From Candidatus Pantoea carbekii (GTDB lineage Bacteria; Pseudomonadota; Gammaproteobacteria; Enterobacterales; Enterobacteriaceae): 32,000 nucleotides of DNA. The notes under the pieces were generated by a model. The model saw nothing but the letters and a program-made list of their open reading frames with translations. It was not told where the DNA came from and made no database searches. The first letter of the stretch is position 1, and each line of letters begins with the position of its first letter. The stretch lies in assembly GCF_000971765.1 (NCBI RefSeq), contig NZ_CP010907.1:682338-714337 (forward strand), given 5' to 3'. Below are positions 21,453 through 32,000 of the stretch, one piece after another. The position numbers and the translations under genes are program-made.

Positions 21453-23101
21453 TGATGGATTCGCAGCTTAATCTTTTCCTCATTGCTTTTCTATCGATAT
21501 CTTTTATAATGTGGCAATCTTGGCAGATAGATCATAGTTCACAGCAACAACAGAGCCAAACTTTGCACAAAAGCAATAGTAGTAATGCAGTGAGTTATAT
21601 AACAACACCTTTAGATACACTAGGCAATTCTAAATCAATAGTCACAATCAAAACTGATGTATTATTGCTACATGTTAATAGTCGTGGTGGCGATATTGAA
21701 CAGGCGCAGCTATTAACTTACGCAAATAAATTAGGTTCAGATATACCAATATCACTGCTAGACACTACACCTTCATTTATTTATCAAGCACAAAGTGGAT
21801 TGATAGGAATTAATGGTCCAGATAATCTAAAGACTAACTATACTCGACCACTATATCAAACTTCTCAAACTCATTTTGAGTTATCAAAAGGACAAAACGA
21901 ATTACGTATACCATTTCGTTGGAAAGATAACAATGGCGTGGTTTACACTAAAACCTTTTCCTTAAAACGTGGAGAGTTTGTAGTTAACGTCGATTATGAT
22001 ATTAATAATACTACTTCCAAACCACTTGAAGTAATATTATTTGCTCAGTTAAAACAATCTATTAACCTTCCTAAATATCGTGATCATGATAGTAATAATT
22101 TTGCTTTGCATACATTTCGTGGTGCTGCATATTCTACAACTAATTTAAAATACGAAAAATATAAATTTGACACTATCATTGATAATCAACATTTGCATGT
22201 CATTACTAGAAATGGCTGGGTAGCAATGTTAGAACAATATTTTGCAACAGCTTGGATACCAAAAACAGACGGTAATAATACATTGTATACCAATAATTTA
22301 GGCAATGGAATTGTATGTATTGGGTATAAATCTATCCCAATTATTGTAAATTCAGGTCAACAGCGACATACTAGTGCAACTTTATGGATCGGTCCAAAAA
22401 TTCAAAATGAAATGGCTGCTATTGCTCCGTACTTGGATCTAACCGTTGATTATGGCTGGTTATGGTTTATTGCTCACCCTTTGTTTAAATTGCTTAAATT
22501 TTTACATGCTTTTATTGAAAACTGGGGTTTTTCTATAATTTTTATTACGTTTATTGTGCGCGGTATTATGTATCCTCTTACTAAAGCACAGTACACTTCT
22601 ATGGCAAAAACCCGCATGTTGCAACCAAAGATTAAAGCTATGCGTGATCGTTTAGGAGATGATAAACAAAAAATTAGTCAAGAAATGATTGCATTATATA
22701 AATCAGAAAAAGTCAATCCATTAGGCGGTTGTCTTCCTCTTATTATTCAGATGCCTATTTTTCTTGCTTTATACTATATGCTTTCATGTTCGGTAGAACT
22801 GCGTCATGCACCATTTATTTTATGGATTCGCGATTTGTCCGCACAAGATCCTTACTATATTCTTCCGATCATGATGGGTATTACAATGTTCTTAATGCAG
22901 AAAATGTCGCCTAGTACTGTAACCGATCCGTTGCAACAGAAAATAATGGCTTATATGCCAATAATTTTTATTCTTTTTTTTCTGTGGTTTCCATCAGGTT
23001 TAGTATTATATTACATTGTTAGTAATCTATTTACTGTTCTGCAGCAACAAATCATTTATCGTTCTTTAGAAAAGCGCGGTCTTTACAATCGTGATAGCTA
23101 A
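21452..23101 (+). CDS. yidC: membrane protein insertase YidC
   Basis: The 549-aa ORF is collinear with E. coli YidC ([29 protein letters not shown]...[71 protein letters not shown]). The start is the ATG at 21452 (TAATG overlap with the yidD stop) or at 21455, which aligns with E. coli Met1. Confidence 0.96.
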   Translation: MMDSQLNLFLIAFLSISFIMWQSWQIDHSSQQQQSQTLHKSNSSNAVSYITTPLDTLGNSKSIVTIKTDVLLLHVNSRGGDIEQAQLLTYANKLGSDIPISLLDTTPSFIYQAQSGLIGINGPDNLKTNYTRPLYQTSQTHFELSKGQNELRIPFRWKDNNGVVYTKTFSLKRGEFVVNVDYDINNTTSKPLEVILFAQLKQSINLPKYRDHDSNNFALHTFRGAAYSTTNLKYEKYKFDTIIDNQHLHVITRNGWVAMLEQYFATAWIPKTDGNNTLYTNNLGNGIVCIGYKSIPIIVNSGQQRHTSATLWIGPKIQNEMAAIAPYLDLTVDYGWLWFIAHPLFKLLKFLHAFIENWGFSIIFITFIVRGIMYPLTKAQYTSMAKTRMLQPKIKAMRDRLGDDKQKISQEMIALYKSEKVNPLGGCLPLIIQMPIFLALYYMLSCSVELRHAPFILWIRDLSAQDPYYILPIMMGITMFLMQKMSPSTVTDPLQQKIMAYMPIIFILFFLWFPSGLVLYYIVSNLFTVLQQQIIYRSLEKRGLYNRDS

Positions 23102-23177
23102 AATATTATTTTCAACTAAATTATGCTATAGGAAATAATATTTATTATTCTTAATTTTTTTAATTAAAACTTAGGGT

Positions 23178-24536
23178 ATGATCTCGATGATAGATACTAT
23201 TGCCGCTCAAGCCACTCCTGCAGGGCATGGCGGTGTTGGAATTCTGCGTATTTCTGGTAAAAAATCAGCTCAGGTAGCAAAAGCTGTATTAGGAAAATTA
23301 CCAAATCCACGTTATGCGCACTATTTAGCGTTTTATGATGCCCATGGTAATATAATTGATAAAGGTATTGTTCTGTGGTTTCCGGGTCCACACTCCTTTA
23401 CTGGTGAAGACGTACTAGAATTACAAGGGCATGGTGGGCCTATCATACTCGATTTATTACTAAAACGTATTATAGCAATACCTGATATTCGTATTGCTAA
23501 TCCAGGAGAGTTTTTAGAGCGCGCTTTTCTGAATGGTAAGTTGGACTTGGCACAGGCAGAAGCTGTTTCGGATCTAATATATGCTAATTCTGAAAGAGCA
23601 GCACATGCTGCAGTTAATTCACTGCAGGGAGCATTTTCTATCCGTGTTAATGCAATGGTAGAAACTCTTACCAATTTACGTGCTTACGTAGAAACTGCTA
23701 TTGATTTTGTAGATGAAGAAATCAATTTTTTATCTATCGATGAAATTAAAGAACAGTTAAATAAAATTATTGATCAACTTAATACTACACGTAGTATAGC
23801 GCATAAAGGTAGTTTGTTACGTGAAGGAATGAAAGTAGTAATTGCCGGATATCCTAATTCCGGAAAATCCAGTCTTTTAAATAGATTAACTGGTCGTGAA
23901 ACCGCTATTGTGACCAATTTTGCTGGAACTACTCGGGATGTACTGCGAGAACATATTTGTCTTGATGGAATCACATTACATATTGCTGATACAGCAGGTT
24001 TACGCGAGACTAGTGATCCAATAGAAGAGATTGGTATTGAACGTGCTTGGAAAGAAATAATACAAGCTGATCATGTATTATTTATGGTTGATGCAAATAT
24101 TACTAATATTAATATTTGGCCCGATTTTATAACACGTTTACCAACGCAGCTACCAGTTATGCTAATTCGTAATAAAGCAGACATGACTGGTGAACCAATT
24201 GGATTGAGGAAATTAAATAATCGTGTATTTATTAGTTTGTCTGTAAGTACAGGGGAGGGTATAGACATACTTTGCAATTACCTTAAACAAGCTATAGAAA
24301 CTCCTAACAATAATATAGAGGGTGATTTTTTAGCACGTCGCCGCCATTTACACGCTTTAGATTTAGCAAATACTTATTTAAAACAATGCCAAGAACAACT
24401 TTTCGAAGGTTTTTCAGTTGAATTATTAGCAGAAAATTTACGCAGTGCACAATTATCACTTAATGAAATTACTGGAAAATTTACATCTAATAATTTACTA
24501 AAACGTATTTTCTCAACCTTTTGCATTGGTAAGTAA
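23178..24536 (+). CDS. mnmE: tRNA modification GTPase MnmE (TrmE)
   Basis: The 452-aa ORF is collinear with E. coli MnmE ([50 protein letters not shown]-domain G.PN.GKSSLLN, DTAGLRE, C-terminal CIGK). An alternative ATG lies at 23187. Confidence 0.96.
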   Translation: MISMIDTIAAQATPAGHGGVGILRISGKKSAQVAKAVLGKLPNPRYAHYLAFYDAHGNIIDKGIVLWFPGPHSFTGEDVLELQGHGGPIILDLLLKRIIAIPDIRIANPGEFLERAFLNGKLDLAQAEAVSDLIYANSERAAHAAVNSLQGAFSIRVNAMVETLTNLRAYVETAIDFVDEEINFLSIDEIKEQLNKIIDQLNTTRSIAHKGSLLREGMKVVIAGYPNSGKSSLLNRLTGRETAIVTNFAGTTRDVLREHICLDGITLHIADTAGLRETSDPIEEIGIERAWKEIIQADHVLFMVDANITNINIWPDFITRLPTQLPVMLIRNKADMTGEPIGLRKLNNRVFISLSVSTGEGIDILCNYLKQAIETPNNNIEGDFLARRRHLHALDLANTYLKQCQEQLFEGFSVELLAENLRSAQLSLNEITGKFTSNNLLKRIFSTFCIGK

Positions 24537-24921
24537 CCATGTTTACGGACATTATTACACTGTTATGCATGAAATTTAAAATTATTCTAAAAATAAAATT
24601 AAAGAATGCACTTTCATCATATTAGTTGTTCAGTGCTTATATGCAGTTATAAATCATAATTATGTATATAACATACATCGCACATATCTATGTTTTATGG
24701 TTAATAATAAACGTACTGAAAAATCACCTTGGAATTTAATGATATAATACATTGTTCAACAAAAAATTTTCTCTAAACAAATTCACTGAATTATTGTTAT
24801 AATAATTATTAATTATTTCATAATACCATCATCCTTAACTCGGTATATTTATAGTATTTTTTGTTTTTCATTATTTGAAAATATTTATATTTTTTGCAAC
24901 TATTATTTAGATGGCAATCCA

Positions 24922-26754
24922 TTATTCTACAGTTACTGATTTTGCCAAATTACGTGGTTGATCAACATTTGTTCCTTTAATTAATCCTACATGATATGAA
25001 AGCAACTGAAGTGGTAAAATGTAGAAGATTGGTGCAATTAATTCTTCAACATATGGTAATGAAATAATTTTTATTTTTTCATTTGCTTTAAAACCCGCGT
25101 CTTTATCAGTAAAAATATATAACAAACCACCACGAGTACGAACTTCTTCAATATTTGATTTTAATTTTTCCAAAAGTTGATTATTGGGGGCAATTACAAT
25201 TACTGGGATATTTTCATCGATCAATGCTAATGGTCCATGTTTTAGCTCACCAGCTGCGTAAGCTTCAGCATGAATATAAGAAATTTCTTTCAGTTTTAAT
25301 GCTCCTTCCATAGCGATTGGGTACTGATCACCTCGGCCTAGAAACAACGCATGATTTTTATCATAAAAACCTTCTGCTAATTTTTGTATAGTTTTTTCCT
25401 GTGTTAGAATTTGTTCGATTCGAGTCGGCAATTTTTTTAAAATTTGTACAATTTTATATTCAGTTATTGCTGCCATACCGTGTAATCGAGCTAATTTTAC
25501 GACTAACATTAATAATACCGTTAACTGAGCAGTAAATGCTTTAGTAGATGCTACACCGATTTCAATCCCAGCTTTAGTCATTAAAGCTAAATCTGATTCA
25601 CGCACTAAAGAGGAACTCTCTACATTACAAATAGCTAGAGATCCAAGATAGTCCAATTTTTTTGAAAGACGGAGTGCTTCTAAAGTATCTGCCGTTTCGC
25701 CTGACTGTGACAAAGCAATAAATAGACTATTTCTGCGCACAGCAGGTTTACGATAGCGGTACTCAGAAGCAATTTCAACATCACAAGGCATATTAGCTAA
25801 TGATTCAAACCAATAACGGGATACCATACCAGAATTGTATGAAGTGCCACAAGCAATGATCTGGATATGCTCTACTTGATTAAGCAACATTTTAAAATTA
25901 TCACCTAATTCGCTTAGATTGATCTTATCTTGCTTTAATCGACCGGTGAGTGTATTTTTAATCGCTATAGGTTGTTCATAAATTTCTTTGTGCATATAAT
26001 GACTATAGTGGCCCTTATCATTTGCGTCATATTGCACATTAGATTTAATTCCAAAACGCTGTACTGGCTTACCATTTTGATTTAAAATTTTTATGTGACC
26101 ACGTCTTACTTCCGCAATGTCACCTTCTTCTAAATAGATAAAACGGCGCGTTACAGGTAATAACGCTAATTCATCAGAAGCTATAAAGTTCTCACGAATT
26201 CCTTGTCCAATTACTAATGGGCTCCCTAAACGAATGGCTAATAGTACTGATGGATCTCGACTGTCCATAACTACTATACCGTAGGCACCTTGTAACTGTG
26301 GAATAACACGTAATACTACCTCGGATAACGTACCGCCTTGCATTTGTTGTTCCCAATGAATTAGATGTGCTACTACTTCACTATCGGTTTCAGAGACAAA
26401 TTCATAACCATGTTCGATTAATTTTACACGCAGAGATGCATGATTTTCAATTATACCATTATGCGCAATAATAATATGCTTAGAAATATGTGGGTGCGCA
26501 TTAACTTCTGATGGTTGACCATGTGTAGCCCAACGGGTATGTGCAATCCCCGTACCGCCAACTAGAGATAGATGCTCTACAGCTTCTACCAATTTCTGCA
26601 CTTTCCCTAATCGACGTAAGCGTATTGCATGCCCAGATTCGTTAATTACAGTTAATCCAGCAGAGTCATATCCACGATATTCTAATCGACGTAAACCTTC
26701 CAAGAGAATTTCTACGATGTCACGCTGCGCTATTGCAGCAATAATTCCACACAT
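24922..26754 (-). CDS. glmS: glutamine--fructose-6-phosphate aminotransferase GlmS
   Basis: The 610-aa ORF has an N-terminal MCGI catalytic Cys, [12 protein letters not shown] and [11 protein letters not shown]...NAHPH, SIS-domain motifs, and a C-terminal [11 protein letters not shown] as in E. coli. Confidence 0.97.
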   Translation of the reverse strand: MCGIIAAIAQRDIVEILLEGLRRLEYRGYDSAGLTVINESGHAIRLRRLGKVQKLVEAVEHLSLVGGTGIAHTRWATHGQPSEVNAHPHISKHIIIAHNGIIENHASLRVKLIEHGYEFVSETDSEVVAHLIHWEQQMQGGTLSEVVLRVIPQLQGAYGIVVMDSRDPSVLLAIRLGSPLVIGQGIRENFIASDELALLPVTRRFIYLEEGDIAEVRRGHIKILNQNGKPVQRFGIKSNVQYDANDKGHYSHYMHKEIYEQPIAIKNTLTGRLKQDKINLSELGDNFKMLLNQVEHIQIIACGTSYNSGMVSRYWFESLANMPCDVEIASEYRYRKPAVRRNSLFIALSQSGETADTLEALRLSKKLDYLGSLAICNVESSSLVRESDLALMTKAGIEIGVASTKAFTAQLTVLLMLVVKLARLHGMAAITEYKIVQILKKLPTRIEQILTQEKTIQKLAEGFYDKNHALFLGRGDQYPIAMEGALKLKEISYIHAEAYAAGELKHGPLALIDENIPVIVIAPNNQLLEKLKSNIEEVRTRGGLLYIFTDKDAGFKANEKIKIISLPYVEELIAPIFYILPLQLLSYHVGLIKGTNVDQPRNLAKSVTVE

Positions 26755-26913
26755 AGTAATTTCTTCCTAGCATGCATAGGATACTGAACCCATGATAGTA
26801 TTTGTACTATCTAATTTGATAGCCTGTTTTATGGTTTTAAAGGTATTTTTAAAAAACGAAATATAATTTTAATACTACTGTCAAATAGAAATATGATTCT
26901 GAATCATCGAAAT

Positions 26914-28284
26914 CTATTTTTTATTAGGACGCTTCCAATTACATTTATGGTGTTGCTCTTTTTTGTTGTAAACTAAATCAGCTGTAAAAATATCTTTCAT
27001 CACTGTAGTGCCAGCAGCAATAGTTACATTATCTACCACTGTCACCGGTGCCACTAGCTGACTATCAGAACCTATGAAAACATCATTCCCTATAGTGGTT
27101 TCAAATTTATTTGAACCGTCATAATTACAAGTAATAGTACCAGCGCCTATATTAACGTTTTGTCCAATTTTTGCATCACCGATATAAGACAAATGACCTG
27201 TTTTCGAGTTTTTACCTAATATAGTTTTTTTAATCTCAACAAAATTACCGACGTGTACCCTTTCATCTAATGTGCTTTCTAATCGCAAATGTGCGAATGG
27301 ACCAACAGTACACGAATTAGCTAAATTTGAATCTTCAATTATTGTATAAGGACTAATCTTACAATCATCAGCTATTATACTATTTTTAATAATACATCCT
27401 GTTCCTATGGTGACACGATTTCCTAAAATAACTTGACCTTCAATGATAACATTGCTGTCGATTTTGATATCTCGTCCGTGTTCTAATGTACCACGTAGGT
27501 CAAAACGAGTTGGATCGTAAAGTGTTACACCGGCTAATAATAATCTTTCCGCTTGTTCTTTTTGATAAAGTCTTTCAAGCGTAGCAAGTTGTACATGATT
27601 ATTTACTCCATAAATTTCACTAATACGTTCGGGATGCACGACTTTAATTGAACGTCCTTCACGATATGCTATAGAAATAATATCTGTTATGTAGAATTCT
27701 TTTTGTTTATTACAATTATCTAACATTGCTAGCCAACGTTTTAAATCAGCACCGTTAGCAATTAACATACCAGCATTAATTTCGTAAATATTTTTTTCTT
27801 TTAAAGAGGCATCTATTTCTTCAACAACTCCTATTACATCACCATGGTTACGTATAATACGACCGTATCCAGCCGGACTATCGACTATGGCAGTCAATAA
27901 ACTAATACCACCATCAGGTTTCTCTTCGTATAATCGTTGTAATGTTTTTTTAGATATTAACGGTACATCACCGTAAAGAATTAAGATATCTTCATCATCA
28001 AAAAAAAAAGGCGCAGCTTGTTGAATTGCATGCCCGGTACCACGTTGTTCTTTCTGTAATATCCAATTTAATGATACATTTCTTCCCAGCGTTTCTTTAA
28101 GTAAATCCCCACAATAACCATACACAAGATGAATTTGTCGTGCGCCTATACATATAGCCGTATCAATTACATACTGTAATATGGGTTTACCTGCTAGAAT
28201 ATGTAATACTTTAGGAACATCAGAATATAAACGTCTACCTTTTCCTGCTGCTAAAATAACTATACTTATATTGCTTATAGACAT
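26914..28284 (-). CDS. glmU: bifunctional GlmU (GlcNAc-1-P uridyltransferase / GlcN-1-P acetyltransferase)
   Basis: The 456-aa ORF has the same length as E. coli GlmU, with [49 protein letters not shown] and C-terminal hexapeptide repeats. Confidence 0.97.
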   Translation of the reverse strand: MSISNISIVILAAGKGRRLYSDVPKVLHILAGKPILQYVIDTAICIGARQIHLVYGYCGDLLKETLGRNVSLNWILQKEQRGTGHAIQQAAPFFFDDEDILILYGDVPLISKKTLQRLYEEKPDGGISLLTAIVDSPAGYGRIIRNHGDVIGVVEEIDASLKEKNIYEINAGMLIANGADLKRWLAMLDNCNKQKEFYITDIISIAYREGRSIKVVHPERISEIYGVNNHVQLATLERLYQKEQAERLLLAGVTLYDPTRFDLRGTLEHGRDIKIDSNVIIEGQVILGNRVTIGTGCIIKNSIIADDCKISPYTIIEDSNLANSCTVGPFAHLRLESTLDERVHVGNFVEIKKTILGKNSKTGHLSYIGDAKIGQNVNIGAGTITCNYDGSNKFETTIGNDVFIGSDSQLVAPVTVVDNVTIAAGTTVMKDIFTADLVYNKKEQHHKCNWKRPNKK

Positions 28285-28454
28285 AAAAATCCTGATTTTT
28301 TCATTGTATTATATAATTTATAATTATTCACATTACTAAAAACAATTAATTTTAAATTGCGTTACATACATTAATCACTTCCAGTGATAATAAAAAATTT
28401 CAGTATAAAATGCTAATTTTTCAATCCACATACTATTAATCGTATTCATATTCA

Positions 28455-30298
<1,844 letters not shown>

Positions 30299-30308
30299 CT
30301 ATTACTAA

Positions 30309-31178
30309 TCAGACTGCCGAGGCTCCTGAGACTATCTCGGTAATTTCCTGAGTAATGTTAGCTTGACGAGCTTTATTATAAACTAACTGTAAATCTTTGA
30401 TTAAAGATATGCTGTTATCAGTTGCAGCTTTCATTGCTACCATACGCGCAGCTTGTTCACTAGCTAAGTTTTCTACAAGAAATTGATACACTTGAGATTC
30501 TATATAACGACGTAATAGAACATCTAGCAATGGTTTTGAATCCGGTTCATATAAATAATCCCATTTTTTAACTTTTATTTTTTCTGCTTCGCTTTCTGTA
30601 GATGTTAATGGTAATAATTGAGTAATCACTGGAATTTGAGACATTGTATTATTAAATTTATTACTGATAATATATAATTTGTCAGTAATACCTTCATCGT
30701 AAGATTTTAACATTATTTTTATCGGTCCAATTAAATCAGACAGAGTAGGCTTGTTACATATACCTGTCACTTGAGCAACAATATTAGCACTAATAGAACT
30801 AAAAAATGAAACACCTTTTGAACCGATTAAAGTTAAATCACTCTGAACGCCTTTAATAGACCATGTTTGCATTTCCAAAAGTAATTTTTTAAATAGATTA
30901 ATATTTAAGCTACCGCAAAGTCCACGATCTGTGGAAATAACTAAATAACCAATACGTCTTACATCACGATTATGAAGATAAGGATGCTTGTATTCTAAAC
31001 TACCTAGTAACAGATGATTGATTACTTTACGAATGGCATAAGAATACGGACGACTAATTGCCATATGTTCTTGCGTTTTACGCATTTTTGATGCTGCAAC
31101 CATTTCCATTGCTTTAGTAATTTTTTGGGTATTTTTTACACTATCGATCTTAGTACGTATTTCTTTTACACCAACCAT
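30309..31178 (-). CDS. atpG: ATP synthase F1 gamma subunit
   Basis: The 289-aa ORF matches E. coli AtpG ([29 protein letters not shown]-terminal NKARQA.ITQE..EIVSGA.AV). Confidence 0.96.
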   Translation of the reverse strand: MVGVKEIRTKIDSVKNTQKITKAMEMVAASKMRKTQEHMAISRPYSYAIRKVINHLLLGSLEYKHPYLHNRDVRRIGYLVISTDRGLCGSLNINLFKKLLLEMQTWSIKGVQSDLTLIGSKGVSFFSSISANIVAQVTGICNKPTLSDLIGPIKIMLKSYDEGITDKLYIISNKFNNTMSQIPVITQLLPLTSTESEAEKIKVKKWDYLYEPDSKPLLDVLLRRYIESQVYQFLVENLASEQAARMVAMKAATDNSISLIKDLQLVYNKARQANITQEITEIVSGASAV

Positions 31179-31214
31179 TCATTCTAACTCCTTAGAACTC
31201 AAGAATTTCAAGTA

Positions 31215-32000
31215 TTACCAAGAACAGCTTTCCTTAAACGCTTCAAGCAGATTTTTTAGTTGAGTTTCAATGTGATCATTGAAGTTACCTTCGTAATTAA
31301 TTTCTTCTATTAAAGAAGAATATTGTTGCTGCGCAAATTTTAATAACGCATCTTCAAAACTAGCAATTTTTGATAATTCAACATCATTTAAAAAATTATA
31401 CTCAGCAGCAAACAAAATTAAACTTTGTTGAGCGAGAGACATAGGTGCATATTGTTTTTGTTTAAGTAAATTAGTTACTTTTTGTCCATATATTAATTGT
31501 TTGCGCGTAGTATCATCTAGATCAGAAGAAAATTGAGAAAATGCAGCTAATTCGTGATATTGTGCTAATGCAGTACGAATTCCCCCGGACAATTTTTTAA
31601 TAATTTTGCTTTGGGCAGCACTGCCTACTCTAGAAACTGAAATACCTGGGTTAACAGCCGGACGAATTCCCGCATTAAAAAGATTAGACTCTAAAAAAAT
31701 TTGGCCATCAGTAATTGAAATGACATTAGTAGGAACAAATGCAGAAACATCACCAGCCTGTGTTTCAATAATTGGCATAGCAGTGAGTGAACCAGTTTTA
31801 CCTTTTATTGTACCATTAGTACAACGTTCAACATAATCAGTACTAACACGAGATGCTCGTTCTAAAAGACGAGAATGAAGATAAAAAACATCTCCTGGAA
31901 AAGCTTCTCGACCCGGGGGTCGACGTAACAATAAAGAAATTTGCCGATAAGCAATAGCTTGTTTAGATAAATCATCATATACAATTAGTGCGTCTTCACC
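31215..32000 (-). CDS. atpA: ATP synthase F1 alpha subunit, C-terminal 261 codons (5' part lies beyond the window)
   Basis: The frame stays open to the window edge. Hand translation of 32000..31932 gives [25 protein letters not shown], which precedes the track ORF sequence [24 protein letters not shown]... The Met at 31931 in the track is an artefact. It ends ..CSW like E. coli AtpA. Confidence 0.96.
   Translation of the reverse strand, partial: GEDALIVYDDLSKQAIAYRQISLLLRRPPGREAFPGDVFYLHSRLLERASRVSTDYVERCTNGTIKGKTGSLTAMPIIETQAGDVSAFVPTNVISITDGQIFLESNLFNAGIRPAVNPGISVSRVGSAAQSKIIKKLSGGIRTALAQYHELAAFSQFSSDLDDTTRKQLIYGQKVTNLLKQKQYAPMSLAQQSLILFAAEYNFLNDVELSKIASFEDALLKFAQQQYSSLIEEINYEGNFNDHIETQLKNLLEAFKESCSW

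Noticed and set aside
26755-26913. The glmU-glmS spacer (159 bp), considered as a GlmZ-type sRNA target with an SD-sequestering hairpin (CCUA-UGCAUGC-UAGG overlapping AGGAAG). A 7-bp inverted repeat ATGATTC-A-GAATCAT lies right after the glmU stop.
   Set aside because: The stem has only 4 bp. I cannot verify complementarity to any GlmZ homolog or the presence of glmZ, glmY or rapZ. The spacer size resembles E. coli, but that alone is not evidence.

Overview
This window is a very AT-rich stretch (about three quarters A+T by eye, not computed) of a reduced-genome gammaproteobacterial chromosome. It looks like an Enterobacterales-derived endosymbiont; I cannot name the species from sequence alone. 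It holds 22 complete housekeeping CDS plus two genes cut by the window edges: dppC(stub)-dppB-dppA, a VirK/YbjX (DUF535) gene, sodA, fdhD, glyS-glyQ, dnaC, ibpA, gyrB, dnaN, dnaA, rpmH (missing from the ORF track)-rnpA-yidD-yidC-mnmE, glmS-glmU, and atpC-atpD-atpG-atpA(partial). Products were recognised by eye against recalled E. coli orthologs; no search was run. The backbone follows the E. coli K-12 map order (dppBA .. glySQ .. ibpA .. gyrB-recF-dnaN-dnaA | rpmH-rnpA-yidD-yidC-mnmE .. glmSU-atpCDGA), but the accessory blocks between these anchors are gone. About 6.9 kb (roughly 21 percent, summed from the coordinates below) is ORF-free AT-rich spacer. The clearest biology is ongoing gene decay. 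dnaT is a nearly full-length but multiply broken pseudogene that is still ATGA-coupled to an intact dnaC. The recF slot between dnaN and gyrB is a 1,080-bp ORF-free relic with a faint in-frame N-terminal RecF trace. Smaller signals are a sigma-32-like promoter plus an SD-occluding weak hairpin upstream of ibpA, a near-consensus sigma-70 promoter for rpmH, a good intrinsic terminator after sodA, several perfect palindromes or tandem repeats in spacers, and a T10 run inside glmU. I found no tRNA or rRNA, CRISPR array, transposase or IS element, phage gene, toxin-antitoxin or defence-like gene. I see no evidence here for a novel multi-gene system. Most short track ORFs are antisense or out-of-frame artefacts of AT-rich sequence.
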